DNA of 62,436 bases, counting the filler, from Kipferlia bialata (lineage: Eukaryota): NCBI GenBank assembly GCA_003568945.1. It is 5 parts of 5 records of this genome, joined end to end, with 100 filler letters (N's around TTAATTAATTAA, not from the genome) between each part and the next. Parts side by side here need not be neighbours in the genome. Positions count along the whole stretch, not along the records: positions 27,040 to 39,006 come from BDIP01000549.1; positions 39,107 to 56,165 come from BDIP01000550.1; 3 more parts are not named here. The stretch is one strand, 5' to 3'. Position numbers and translations under genes: made by a program. A model generated the notes under the pieces. It had not been told where the DNA came from and made no database searches. It saw only the letters and a program-made list of their open reading frames with translations. Every line of letters starts with the position of its first letter. Position 1 is the stretch's first letter. Positions 33,788 through 46,018 of the stretch are shown one piece after another.

Positions 33788-35700
33788 ATGGTGAACCCAC
33801 TGAGCGTCAGTGTCGTGTATGACAGGTATATGCACTATATATATAGACCCACTATTCAGTGACACACATTTATCTATTCGCGACTGTTCCTTTGGGCTTA
33901 TGCAGGTCTCCTCCTTTCTACTGGCCTGGTGAGGAAGTCACTGGCAATGTATTGCTCACCAACTCATCCTCTGAGCCCATATCGGTCACAAGGTGTGTCA
34001 TTGTAAGTATCTACATATGGTAACAACGACTCATACTGATGCAGGGCCTCTCTGAAGTACCAGAGCCAGAACCGGTGCTACCAGCCCGGGTCCAGCCATC
34101 ACACAGCACAGGTGGGGCGGATGGCAGTGCAAGTCATATTCATACTCTCTTCTTATTCTGTGTTGCGACTTACCCCAGAGCTTCATCCACACCTATCAGT
34201 CCGACTACATCACAGTGGTGGCAAAGGGCGATGAAGCCATGGCCATTGAGCCCAACGTCACCCAGGAGGTCCGTCAGAACTCTCTTATAGAACCAATTAC
34301 TCCTCCTCACATCCCTGTCTGACAGCCCAGGTACCCTTCTCCTTTGAGCTCATGTCTGACTCCCCCCCTTCGGTGTTTGGGTCGGGTCCAGACCGCCCAG
34401 GGCCTTACATGGTGGCCATTAACCAGGTGGGTTTGTCAAGTATATGTATACATATACACTGTAATTATATGTATACTAGTATATACATTTAATTCTTCCT
34501 GTGCCTCTATGCAGCATATATATCCACCACCCCCCCCCCCCACGCCCCACCCCAGCTCGTCCACTCCATAGGGGTGAGGGCAAATGTCAAGGGCTGTCTC
34601 ACCAGAGTCAAGTATGACTCTCCCCTCTATGTACTCCCCTCCCCCCAAGGGCAACACTCTGGGCCTGTAGCTGAGACGGGGGAGTCTCGCCTCCGGTGCT
34701 GTCTGGGTGCCCGTATCGCCATGCTGGTACTGTCTGTGGAGGAGGAGCTGCACAACCCACAGGTACAGGGTGTATGGCCCAGGGCTTAGACCTATTTGCT
34801 CTAGTGTTGCAGCTTCCCATCCCATATGTACATTGTACTGATACAGGATGAGCTTGTTGTGGGCTGCGGCCTGACCAACATGTCCAGGAGGCCCATCCCC
34901 TCTCTGTCCTGGTCTGTGGTGAGACATGTCACCACACCCTTCAGCTCATGGTCGGAGACACTCACCTCGGGCAGCACAGAGGTGGACTCCCAGCCGGAGA
35001 CAGAGTGGAGTGGGGAGGTGGGGTGCTATGTATGCTGATGAGTGTTGATCCTGGTACACGTCTTCTCTGCCGGCCTCCCCTCACCCCAGCTCCGCATCCC
35101 CCTTCTGAGTGATGGGGATGTGTACAGTGCCCTCAACACCAGGGCCTTCCACGGCACTCCCAACGAGGCCCTTGTCGACACCCTGTACCCTGTCGAGAGG
35201 ATGTTCCTGTCCCACCCTGGCCTGTCAGGGGCAGGGGCAGGAGGCATAGAGGTGGGGGTGTGGTGGTGTTACTGAGTATCCTCCTTCTCCCTCCATATCC
35301 CTATTCCTCTTTATACTATATTATATTATATATTATAAATATATATATATATATATATAATATAAATATATATATATATTATAAATAAATATACCTCTAA
35401 ATCTACCAGGTGCACCACTCTGTGGAGGTCAAGACAGACGGGGTCCGCCTCCCTGCCTCTGCCTCTCTCCCCATCTGCTTCTCCCTCCCCTGCTGCCTTG
35501 ATGCAGGGGCCCTGATGGAGAGTGGTGAGGTGCCCCAGCCCTACAGGTGCTCGATGGGTAGCAGTGTGGAAGGGGACGCCGCTGTGCTGTACCCTGCCCC
35601 CCCTGTGCCTGTCCTAGGGGTGGAGGCAAGTACAGAGAGGGTCAAGGGGAGGGTCGAGACAGGGCCCCCAGACGTGGCAGCTGGACTGGGCACAGTGTAG
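33788..35700 (+). CDS. Arrestin-fold (alpha-arrestin-like) protein, multi-exon
   Basis: MVNPLSVSVVYDRSPPFYWPGEEVTGNVLL; YPFSFELMSDSPPS; ELVVGCGLTNMSRRPI; VHHSVEVK..LPICF. Confidence 0.65.
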
Positions 35701-35980
35701 AGACAGGGCTTGGAAGGGGACCATGGGACATCTGGTCACACCCGCTGTATAGTGGGTATTCTGATAGGTCACATCACGTATATCTCACACATTCTTCTTA
35801 TGGATAAATGGGATTCTTACATGGAGTCAATAGTGATTCACTTCATAGAATTGATTCATCTGTTGAAAGGCACCAACGGTACCTCCTAATCTATACACGT
35901 CGGCACGTGTTGCCTTGTCAATCGTTGTATAACTAAACAATACACTAGGCCTAGCATATACTAGTACGTGTCCCCCCCTG

Positions 35981-38952
35981 TCACCGCCTGAATGCCTGTA
36001 TGGCCTGCCACACCTCCTCCGGCACTGTGCCCCCCTCACTGTCTGGGGCCAGGGCAGACACAGAGACTAGGGGACCAGGGGCACCCTCGCCCTTGCGGCC
36101 CCTATCTGATGCCAGCCACTCTGTGCTATGGGCCAGGGGCTCAATACCCAGCTGGGACTGGGCTATAGCCGGGTGGTGTGTCCTGACCTGGGCAAACAAG
36201 GCTCTGAACAGAGCCACCCCCAGGGACGGGGCCACCATCTGGCACATGGCGTCTGCGGCACTCACTGCATCAGACAGCCCAGACCCGTCCCACAGGCCAT
36301 CGCTGTCCCCGGCCATGAGGACGGGGCCCAGCACCTCCTGTCTAAACCTCAGCCCAGTCTGCGCCCTCTCCTTCTTCTCTCTCTCCCTCTTCTCTCTCTC
36401 TCTCTTCTGGTGCTTCTGGGGGGTGTGGTGGCTCTCCCTCCGCTGGCTCTGTCGACGGGTCAGAGTGGGAGTCTTCTCCTTCTTCTCCCCTGCCACTACT
36501 GGGGCAGTACCTGTCCCCTCTGCCACTGACACTGAGGCCACAGCTGGGGCAGGGACAGGTGCCACAGAGGCCGCCTCTCTCTCCCCAGGCACAGGACGGG
36601 GTGCAGGGTGCTTAGATGTCTCCTCGACGGTCTCCAGGGCGCTAGTAGAGGACTCACCCTCCTTAGGCCGCCGCTCTCTCTTGCGACCCCTTCTCCTGCC
36701 CCCAGTCGACTCCAAATCACTCTCCTCTCCCTGCTCTCCTTGCCCAGCCTCCACCCTGCCCAGCCCCTCTCTCTCCCTGTCACTCTCCTGCATGTAGCTC
36801 TCACTGGCCTCTGAGTCCTCTCCCTCCCTGTCTCTGTCTCTGTCCCTGTCACGTCTACGCCGCCTCCTCTTAGTGGTGTGCGAGGAGTGGGAGGACGACC
36901 GGTGGGTGCGCCTGCTTCTGACTGACCCCTCAGCCCCCACTCCATCCTGGTCCAGGTGTCTGTGTCTGTGTCTGTCCTGTGCCACACTCTGTGTCACCGT
37001 GTCCGAGGTGTCCTGGTACTGGCTCTGCCTCCTGTCCTTCAGCACAAACAGACCCTCCATGCTCTCAGAGGGTACGCCATGGCCATCGGGGTCCTCACTC
37101 GAACCCTCTCTCTCCCCCTCAGAGTGGTCTACCGCAAAGGGATCCACACCACCCCGCTGGCTGCTGACACTCATACGCCGCACAGACCCCGTGTCGCCAT
37201 GGGCTCCCATAGACTGTAGCCTAGCCCTCTCAGCCTCTCTCTCCATATCAAGCTCTCTCTCAAGCTCCCGCTCTGTCTCCCTCTCCCTCTCCCTCTCCCT
37301 CTCCTTCTCACGCTTCCGCTCAGCGATACGTTCCCGTTCTCTCTTCTTCTCACGCTCAGGTTCTCTCTCTCTCTCTCTCTTCCTCTCCCGCAGTCTCTCA
37401 TCCTCTCTTTCCCTTTCCCTCCGCTTCTCCCGTTCCTTCTCCTTGGCTCTCTCTCTCTCCCTCTCAGTCTCTCTGTGCTGCCTGGGTCTCTCTCTCTCTC
37501 TCTTCACAGTCCCCTCCTCCCTCATGTGCATACCACTGTCAGGTCCCTGGGTGTCATACTCCTGCTCCTCCCCCCTCCGCACTGTCCCGTAGTCATAGTC
37601 CCGTGCACCCCTGGACACCACAGAGTCCCCTGGATAGGCACCCACCCCGGAGTCTTCACTGTCTGAGGCCATGCCGTACCCCAGGCCCTCTGCCCTGGCC
37701 GTCTGGGGCACCTTGGGGCTGGACTGCACACCTGCGGGGTGGGACCGGTCCCTGCCCCCCCTGCGCCGGATGGGGGCGGGGGCCGGCTGGCTGTCGTCGT
37801 CTGAGCTGAAGTCCCATGCGTCTACCACAGGGGGAGGGGGGGAGGGGGCAGCCCCGTCCTGCCTCGGCTCAGGCTGGGGGTGCTGCACCGATATGCGAGA
37901 CACTGCGGATTAGAAGTCACGTACATAATGATAACAGTCGAATGTTACTGTATCACTATCGCTATTACTATGTTTATCTCTGTATATATAGAGAGACGCA
38001 CCCAGTTGGGCGAGACGGGCAGGAGACCGGCTGGCTGTGCGTATGAACTTGTGCTGCAGCAGTCGGCTGGCATTAGGACGGTCGTCAGGGTTCTGGGGTC
38101 AGACACACAGAGTGCCGCACATTACTAACAGAAAGATAATACTTGTATATCGGTGTCCAGGTCTCTACAATTATGTCTCCATATGCTAGTCACCCCACCA
38201 GAAATAAATAGATGATGCATGAGAATATCTCCTCTCCGCCTCTCCCGTATCCTCTACCTTGGTCAGACACTGTGCGATGAAGTCTCTCAGGGCCTTGGAG
38301 GCTGGGTTGGAGACGGGGAGGGTGGGGGCGGGTGCCTTGGGGATCATCATCAGTGCCTTGAGGGGGTGCATCTCTGAGTGGGGGGGAGTGCCCGTGATCA
38401 TCTCGATGGCCGTGATGCCCAGACTCCAGATGTCGGCGGTGGTGTCATACCCTACGTTGGTCTTGATCACCTCGGGGGCCATCCTGCGGTCAGACTGATA
38501 CAGGGGGGGGAGGGAGACCTAACCCACTCCTCAGAGAGAGAGATACTGGCACCGCCAAGTGAATATCGATAGAGAGAGTGTGTAGATGTCTCGTACCAGA
38601 AGGGAGTGCCCACAAATGTCTGCCTCTTGGACATGGTGGCCGATATGGTGCCACACACCCCAAAGTCAGCCAGCTTCACCATGCCTGCCTCGCTCAAGAG
38701 GATGTTGGCGGCCTTGATGTCCCTGTGGATGTTGCCGTGGCTGTGCAGGTACTCCAGCCCCTGCAGTGCCTCCCTGAGGATGTACCCGACCTCGGGCTCT
38801 GGGATCGGGGTGGCCTCCATCAGGTCCAGCACACTCCCCCTCATGAACTCCATCACTAGGGACAGGTGGGTGCCGCACAGGTGGGACCGGTAGTACTTGA
38901 CCACCTGGTCACTGGCCAGCTCGGTCAGAGACGAGATCTCGGCATGGATGGA
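35981..38952 (-). CDS. STE20-family (MST/GCK-like) Ser/Thr kinase with long low-complexity C-terminal tail; 5'-truncated
   Basis: IHRDIKAANILL, VKLADFGV, RQTFVGTPFW|MAPEVI, ADIWSLGITAIEM, MHPLKALMMIP; spliced through NPDDRPNASRLLQHKFI to the 640-aa terminal exon. Confidence 0.9.
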
Positions 38953-39006
38953 CTGGGGGTGGGGGATGGGGGGAGTACATACAGGGGACATACTGGGAGA
39001 TGGTCA

Positions 39007-39106
39007 NNNNNNNNNNNNNNNNNNNNNNNNNNNNNNNNNNNNNNNNNNNNTTAATTAATTAANNNNNNNNNNNNNNNNNNNNNNNNNNNNNNNNNNNNNN
39101 NNNNNN
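39007..39106. other. Artificial contig-joining spacer
   Basis: 100 nt of N with central TTAATTAATTAA. Confidence 0.98.
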
Positions 39107-39160
39107 CCCCCCTCCGCCCCCTCCCCCCCTCCTACTATTCCCTCTCCCCCCCATCTCCAG

Positions 39161-42100
39161 CTCTCATTTCAGGCCCTCGCCTCTCTCCGCACTGACCACG
39201 CTGACATGGGGGGCACTCTCCAGCGCTGGATAGACACTCAGCGTGTGCAGGACCAGGTTACATCTAACCACTTGGACCAGCTGCAGCAGTCTCTAGACAA
39301 GGTCAATGGGGACCTGGTGTTTGTCAGAAAGAACTGTGTACAGAGCCAGAAGGCCCTCTCCACCCTCCTAGAAGGCATGAACCGCCTCCTGCATGGGTAC
39401 ACAGCTGACATGGACACTATGAGTGGGGCAGCCTGTCTCCAGGTGACACGGGGCCTCCTGAGGGAGCAGCGCCTGTCTAGTGAGTATGGTGACCCCTATG
39501 TGAGTGAGAGATACGTACCCATGGAGGCATTGGAGTCTGCACTGTCTACATTCACCCAGCAGTGTGAGGTAGGCGACCCTGCCCCCTCCCCCCTCTTTGT
39601 GTCCCTAGCAGACATGGGGCTTGGCAAGACATGGAGTGTGGTGCACTATGCCCTCTCTCTCTGCTCCAGAGAGGCCTCACTCCACAGCCACACCCTCCTA
39701 CCCTTCTACATTCCCCTCAGGAATGGACTCACGGATGGCTTGAACACATACTTTGCAGTTGTAGAGCCTGCCACTACCGCAGAGCGCTGCAGGTGTCTCC
39801 ACGCCTCAGGGAAGACCCCTGTGATCATACTAGACGGACTGGATGAGATTGCTATCTCCAGTGGCATGAGAGATGCTCTGCGGTGGATAGAGCAGTTCCT
39901 ACAGGTAAGGACACTAGGTTCTACACGCTCTATATATATTGATCATATCATTGGATTAAATAATGCGACAACAAGTTGAGCGACACCAATTAACCCCTAT
40001 ATATATTATGTCAATAACCCCAGGCCGCCAGTGGCTCTGCTCTCCTAGTGCTCACCTGCCGCTCGTCAGTGTGGGCCAACAGTCCAGAGCTAGGCGGCAA
40101 GCAGGGTCTCAGGGACTACCTGTATACCCCTAGTCAGGAGAGAGGGGACGAGGTGTGCTCCGTGTCGCTTGGAGAGTTCTCTGACAGTGAGCTTGTCGCT
40201 GCCATCCAGAGCTACGGGCTCCTCTCGCACCCATTCACCCCTCTCCTGCTGCGTATGTGCCGGAAGCCCTTCATGCTCCGTCTCGTGGCAGCGGATGTGG
40301 TGGCACGGGGCCAGCTCCCTGACCCCAGTGACCTGGAGTCCTTCTACCCCCTCTTCTACAGCGACACGGACAGGCGGGACACGGTGCTCTACCGGATGGG
40401 GCTCTCCAAGGCAGTCATCCAGCACACCCTGGGGCCATTCCTGGAGCTACTAGGTCACCCGTGTGCTACAGTGACCATCAGGCAGATCAAGGAAGCCCAT
40501 ATAGACACCAAGGACAGCTCCTGGGCTCTCGTGGTATCCTCCGGTCTCCTTTCAGCCACACACATCATGAGAGGTGCATCATTCACCATTGCTACCGAAT
40601 ACTTGCCCTATGTACACAGACTCATGGAGACTGAGGGTCTCCTACAGTCAGCAGAGGTGAGGGCTATAGTTGCACACTACTAACTCACTCCTAGTGTTGT
40701 CACTCACACAGGCAGGCATTCTCCCAGCCTGTGTAACCGAGCTCGAGGCCGCAGAGAGAACCACAATGGAGCTGCTTGTGGCCACCCAGGAAGACATACT
40801 CGCAAGGGAGCTGGAGGCGGAAAGAGAGATCTGCCTTGAGTTTCCGTGGTACAGTAATGTCTTACCGTGTATCCACGGAGAGTCCACAACGGTATGCATT
40901 ATAACCACAACATACTCGATGTATGTGTGTCTTCCACACATGGGGGATATGTCCAAGCCAGACTTATGCTCCCAGTCACGCCTTTAGCAGTAGTCTATCC
41001 CCTTCTTTCTTTCCATTCTTGCCCTCACGCCAGCTGAACCTGAGAGCGAACTTCTTCGGAGTCGACGGGGCTAAGACGCTCGCTGTGGCACTGCCTTCCC
41101 TGACGGCTCTCACACAAGTTCGTGAGTAGTGTTGCAGTACCCAGATACCCGTATCCTCTCCTCTCTCTGGCCACTCACCCTAGCTAGACCTGGGATGGAA
41201 TGACCTCGGAGACGACGGCGCTAAGGCGCTCGCTGTGGCGCTTCCTTCCCTGACGACTCTCACTCACGTGCGTGGGAAGTGCTGCAGTGCCCAGATACAA
41301 CACTTTATCTCTTCTCTCTGGCCACTCACGCTAGCTGAAGCTATGGAATAACAGCATCGGAGTCGACGGGGCTAAGGCGCTCGCTGTGGCACTACCTTCC
41401 CTGACGACCCTCAAATCCGTGCGTTGGTAGTGATGCAGTGCCCATATACCAATATCCTCTCCCCTCTCTGGCCACTCACCCTAGCTGGACCTGGGATGGA
41501 ATGACCTCGGAGACGACGGCGCTAAGGCGCTTGCTGTGGCACTCCCTTCCCTGACGGCCCTCACACAAGTGCGGGAGTAGTGTTGCAGTACCCAGATCCC
41601 CTATCCTCTCCTANNNNNNNNNNNNNNNGGAGTAGTGTTGCAGTACCCAGATCCCCTATCCTCTCCTATTTCTGGCCTCTCACTCTAGTTGGACCTGGGA
41701 TGGAACGACCTCGGAGGCGACGGGTCTAAGGCGCTTGCTGCGTCACTACCTTCCCTGACGGCCCTCACACACGTGCGTGGGAATTCAGTACCAAGATACC
41801 CCAATACTCTCCTATCTCTGGCCCCTCACCCTAGCTGGACCTGGGTAGTAACAACATTGGAGAGGAAGGGGCTAAGGCGCTTGCTGTGGCACTGCCTTCC
41901 CTGACGGCCCTCACACAAGTGCGTGAGTAGTGTTGCGATACCCAGATACCAGTATCCTCTCCTCTTTGTGGCCACTCACCCTAGCTGCACCTGGGCGGAA
42001 ACAACTTCGGAGACGATGGGGCTAAGGCGCTCGCTGTGGCACTGCCTTCCCTGACGTCCCTCACATATGTGCGTAAGTAGTGTTGCAGTACCCAGATACC

Positions 42101-42221
42101 CGTATCCTCTCCTCTTTCTGGCCACTTACACTAGCTGAGCCTGAGAAATAACAGCATCGGAATCGACGGGAAAATAGCGGTACGTCCTGCTGTCAGGAGT
42201 GGATGTGACATTAGTACCTAG
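39161..42221 (+). CDS. NACHT/STAND-type NTPase with C-terminal RI-like LRRs (NLR-like); 5'-truncated
   Basis: Walker A ADMGLGKT, Walker B VIILDGLDE, sensor LVLTCR, helical domain CRKPFMLRLVA; at least 8 LRR exons such as LDLGWNDLGDDGAKALAVALPSLTTLTH; stop TAG at 42221. Confidence 0.8.
41034..42180 (+). repeat. Tandem array of about 150-bp exon+intron units (84-nt LRR exon plus about 66-nt intron)
   Basis: Exon starts at 41034, 41184, 41335, 41485, 41689, 41835, 41985, 42135; introns similar to each other; 15-N gap at 41614-41628. Confidence 0.92.
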
Positions 42222-42415
42222 ACACAGGTATTAGCCAGCCTTCGATCCAACCTGTTCGGGAATGGCCGGTCCTATGGTCGTCAAGGTTAATGAATAATAG
42301 ATTCTTTAGTGGATTCAAGAGTTTCACTGGAACAGCTGATTGACTTGAGACAGATGCATACTTGTAATGAGCACATCACACTCATTGGTGAAGAGTCTAT
42401 TCTAGTGCACCTCCT

Positions 42416-45397
42416 CTACACCACCCCACCCAGTACAGGGCCATATGCCTCTGGACCCATCACAACATGGGTCACAGAGAGCAGCCTCTCCCTCTGCTGA
42501 TGGTCAGATAGAAGGGCACGCACTGCCGCAGCGACCTTACGTGAGCACACAGTGTCATCAAGCTCCTGCAGTATATGATAGTGGCGCATGTCTACAGAGT
42601 CTAGTTGGAGCCAGTGGTCAGAAGAGTCAGGTACTGCACTACTGTCCAAGGGTGTTATGCATATGGTCACAATGAGAGTGGGTGTGGGGTCAATGAGGAC
42701 CATGCTCAGGTACTGCATCATCAGGGTGTGACTATTAGTGTCGCTCACAATGTCCCCATATATGGCACCTACGGCATCGTGCATGGTCCAACTGGGACCA
42801 AGGGCAGAGGGAGTGTTCAGACACACCACTGCCTGACCATCATGACCCTCTAAGACACTTGAAGGGGCAGATGGCTCACCCATGTACCCCTCTGGATGCA
42901 ACACGTTGGCAAACAGAGGCCTGGCCAGAATCCGCAGAGTATGAGAGAAGCCATAAGGACTGACTGTGTCACTGCCAAAGGGGGGAGTCACCACATATGC
43001 TGCATGCCCCTTCTGACCATAGACTCTGTCATAGGTGACTCTCTGCACACTATCGAATAGAGAATGGTGCTCTGGAATGGCAGTCTGACCTATAAGAGCA
43101 CATTCCTGATTGGACAGTTGGGGTACCCCAAACACGTGTGTGAGGGATACCTGCCCATCTGAAGCAGAAGGGTCACTGATGAATTGAGAGCATCGCATGC
43201 GCTCTAGTGCAGTGACCACGAAGGTACATGCCAGGGCCCACTTGGGTGTGACGGGATCGGAGTCACATCCAGTCTCTACACAACAAAGACCGGTCTCATC
43301 AGAGGTCTGGACAGGTCTAGCATACTGTATGTCCCCAAGATATGCAGAGAAGCACTCCTTGAGGGATACCTCTACCACACCATTAAGGGGAGAGAATGGG
43401 TCCTCATGGGTGTCTGGCCGAGGGGCATCTACGGGCAGCACAATGACACTGTAGCCACTCGCAGTGGATGCACTCTCACCCACATAGAGGGGACTGGCCA
43501 TGACCCCCTCCCTGACAAGTGTCTGCAGGGTATGGACTTCATCACACTCAGTCCTGATCTCTGTAGTATCTGTGAGGGGCAATCCACACAGGGCAATACC
43601 TGATAGTACAGAGTCCATGCACATATCATCACTCGCACCGGCGGTGTTGATACAGGGGACTGTCCACTCATACGTGCCTTCTCTACCACTCCTTTCCTCC
43701 GTCTCCATATGTACGTTGTCATAGAACTCCGTCATGGCCGCAACAATCACTCTTGGGTTGCCCTCACACTGTAGCAGATAACGGACACCGGCATTGAAGT
43801 CAGTCTGTGTCATGAGTGATGAGAGGTTGATACCGTCCTCAAAGTGACTGTGGCCCAGGGTGTAGTGAGTGGTCTGGAGGAGGGTTGAGAGGTGCCGCCG
43901 GTCGGTGATGGGCTGAGGGGTTAGAGAATATAATATCACATCTCATAGAACATAAATTCATGGTCTGGCTAAGAGCATAGGATAGTCCCGGAAGTCACTT
44001 ACCGGAAGTATGTATGGAATGAGCCTGAGTCTCTGCACCTCCATACTCTGTCCTATTCCCCTCTGAGATAGGCCAGCCACGGCATACACACATAGCTTCG
44101 ACCCTATCCTCTGGTGCATGTACCTGTACAGCGCCTCATCTCCAACAGTCACCTCATCAACCACAACTACTGCTGGAAGTACAGTCCTGGGTGCACAGCC
44201 GCAGGCCTGACAGACATCTGAGAGCACGCTGAGAACAGTAGCATCAGTGACAGTCCCTGATACAGACAGTGATCCACACAGTAGTGTGAGTACATCAGAG
44301 TCCACTCCTCTTGGGCATATCCGCGTGATGAAAGGATTGTTATCAACAGCGTCGAGTACAGGTGTGCCGGGGTATGCAGCCAGAGACCTCTGCAGAAGGG
44401 AGAGAGTGGAGGTGGTGCATACAGGGTGTGACCTCTCCTCAACTGATAGACAGTCCCTTCCCATCAACTGGTAGCATGCACGGGTGTCCATATACTGCTC
44501 TGGGCTCAGCTCGAAGCATTTGCTATACTCTGTCAGCACATAGCGCCCAGAGAGTAGTAAGTACAGTAGACATGTCGTCAGTCTTCTAGCTGTATCCGGT
44601 AGCTGTCCATCACTGCTTCCTATACACACTCCCTTCAGCTTCTCCGTCACAGAGTCAACCACCCTCTCCACCAGTGTCGCATCACTGAAGAGTACATAAA
44701 GCGCCTGGTGTGTGAACTCAGTCTTGCCAGAGCCCCTGACCCCTACTGCACCAGGGACAGAGTACATAGGTATATCATCACCAGTAGGGATGGCCAGTAG
44801 CTGATATACCATGTCTGCAGCATATGCTACCAGATCCCGCTCTCTGTTAACCATACGCCTTCCGGGTAGCCACTTTCTCTCTGCCTCTAGTCTACGGGTG
44901 TAGAGTCTGAAGAAGGTGTCCCAAGTGAGGCTGGACGGGGTATGAGGGGTCTGGACCTGACTATTAGATGGAAGACAGGTTGGACAATAAGAAAGAGAGG
45001 AGGGGGGGGGGACTATGATACCAGTATCAACTATAGATTGTAATATACATCCAATAGTGCGTATTCGTACCTGCTGTGTATCAGAAGTGCCATGTATCTG
45101 TATCCCCAGCACAGGCCTCTTTCCTATGCCATGCCTGTCCCTATATGCCTCTATATCAGCCAGCCCCCACTGCATAATGTCTGCCGGGTACTCATCCACC
45201 CCATCGTGACAGCAGCATACAGAGAGAGACATACACCCCTGAACCGTTAGGAGCCCAATCCTCTCTGCCACAGATAGACAGAAGGCCTGCACAGTGCGGC
45301 ATCCCTCACCCCACACAGCCTTCGTGTAATGCCACCCATCCTCCCCTGCATACTTCCACTTGAGTCGCAGGGTGTGCCCATTGTGGGGAGGGGGCAT
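42416..45397 (-). CDS. Large hypothetical P-loop NTPase-containing protein (about 960 aa, at least 2 exons)
   Basis: GVRGSGKT Walker A and VVVVDEV Walker B; the two long ORFs join via GTAAGT..CTAACCCCTCAG intron (about 43914-44002). Confidence 0.6.
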
Positions 45398-46018
45398 CTG
45401 GGTAGTTAGAGAGGAGAAGTGTACTGAGAGAGAGAGAGATTGTTACATAGGGATATGAAACATGGGTACTCTTGCAGTATGAGTGGAGAACAAAGCATAC
45501 ATGTTTACATGACCAATGTATCAGAAGTACTCCCCCCCCCCCTCCCCCTCCTCTCCCCTCCCCAATAGGATATAGTTGGTGTATGTAGACATAGAGACAG
45601 TGCTCACCCCTAGGTATCTGACCTGTAATAGGACCACCACAGGCCTTGGCTATAGCGGTCCACAGCACACCAGATTCGGTGGGTTGGGTATTATAGTTGT
45701 CAACCGTACCAAGAGTTACAGAAGTGATGTGGAAGGAAGATACGCTCAGGCCACACAGATCCTATCCGATTCCGTCGGATAGGACTCCGATGGCCATCCT
45801 CCACACCAGTCGTTGCTGAGCTCCAGTTGGACACACCATTGTTATGACAGGAACCCTTGCAGCGGCACTCAATAACACAACAACCACGGGATGGTGGGCA
45901 CGCATAGCATGCATAGGCACATATTACTTGGAACCGTTTGAAGAACGTCGGAACGAGATCAGTCTACCTGACTACCTTTCAAGAGGTCTCTAATAGACCT
46001 GGGAGTGTCCGTGATTGA

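Noticed and set aside
41034..42180. Regular repeat with variable segments, superficially CRISPR-like or DGR-like
   Set aside because: Units are LRR exons with GT-AG introns; no cas or reverse transcriptase gene is visible, and variation is not adenine-specific
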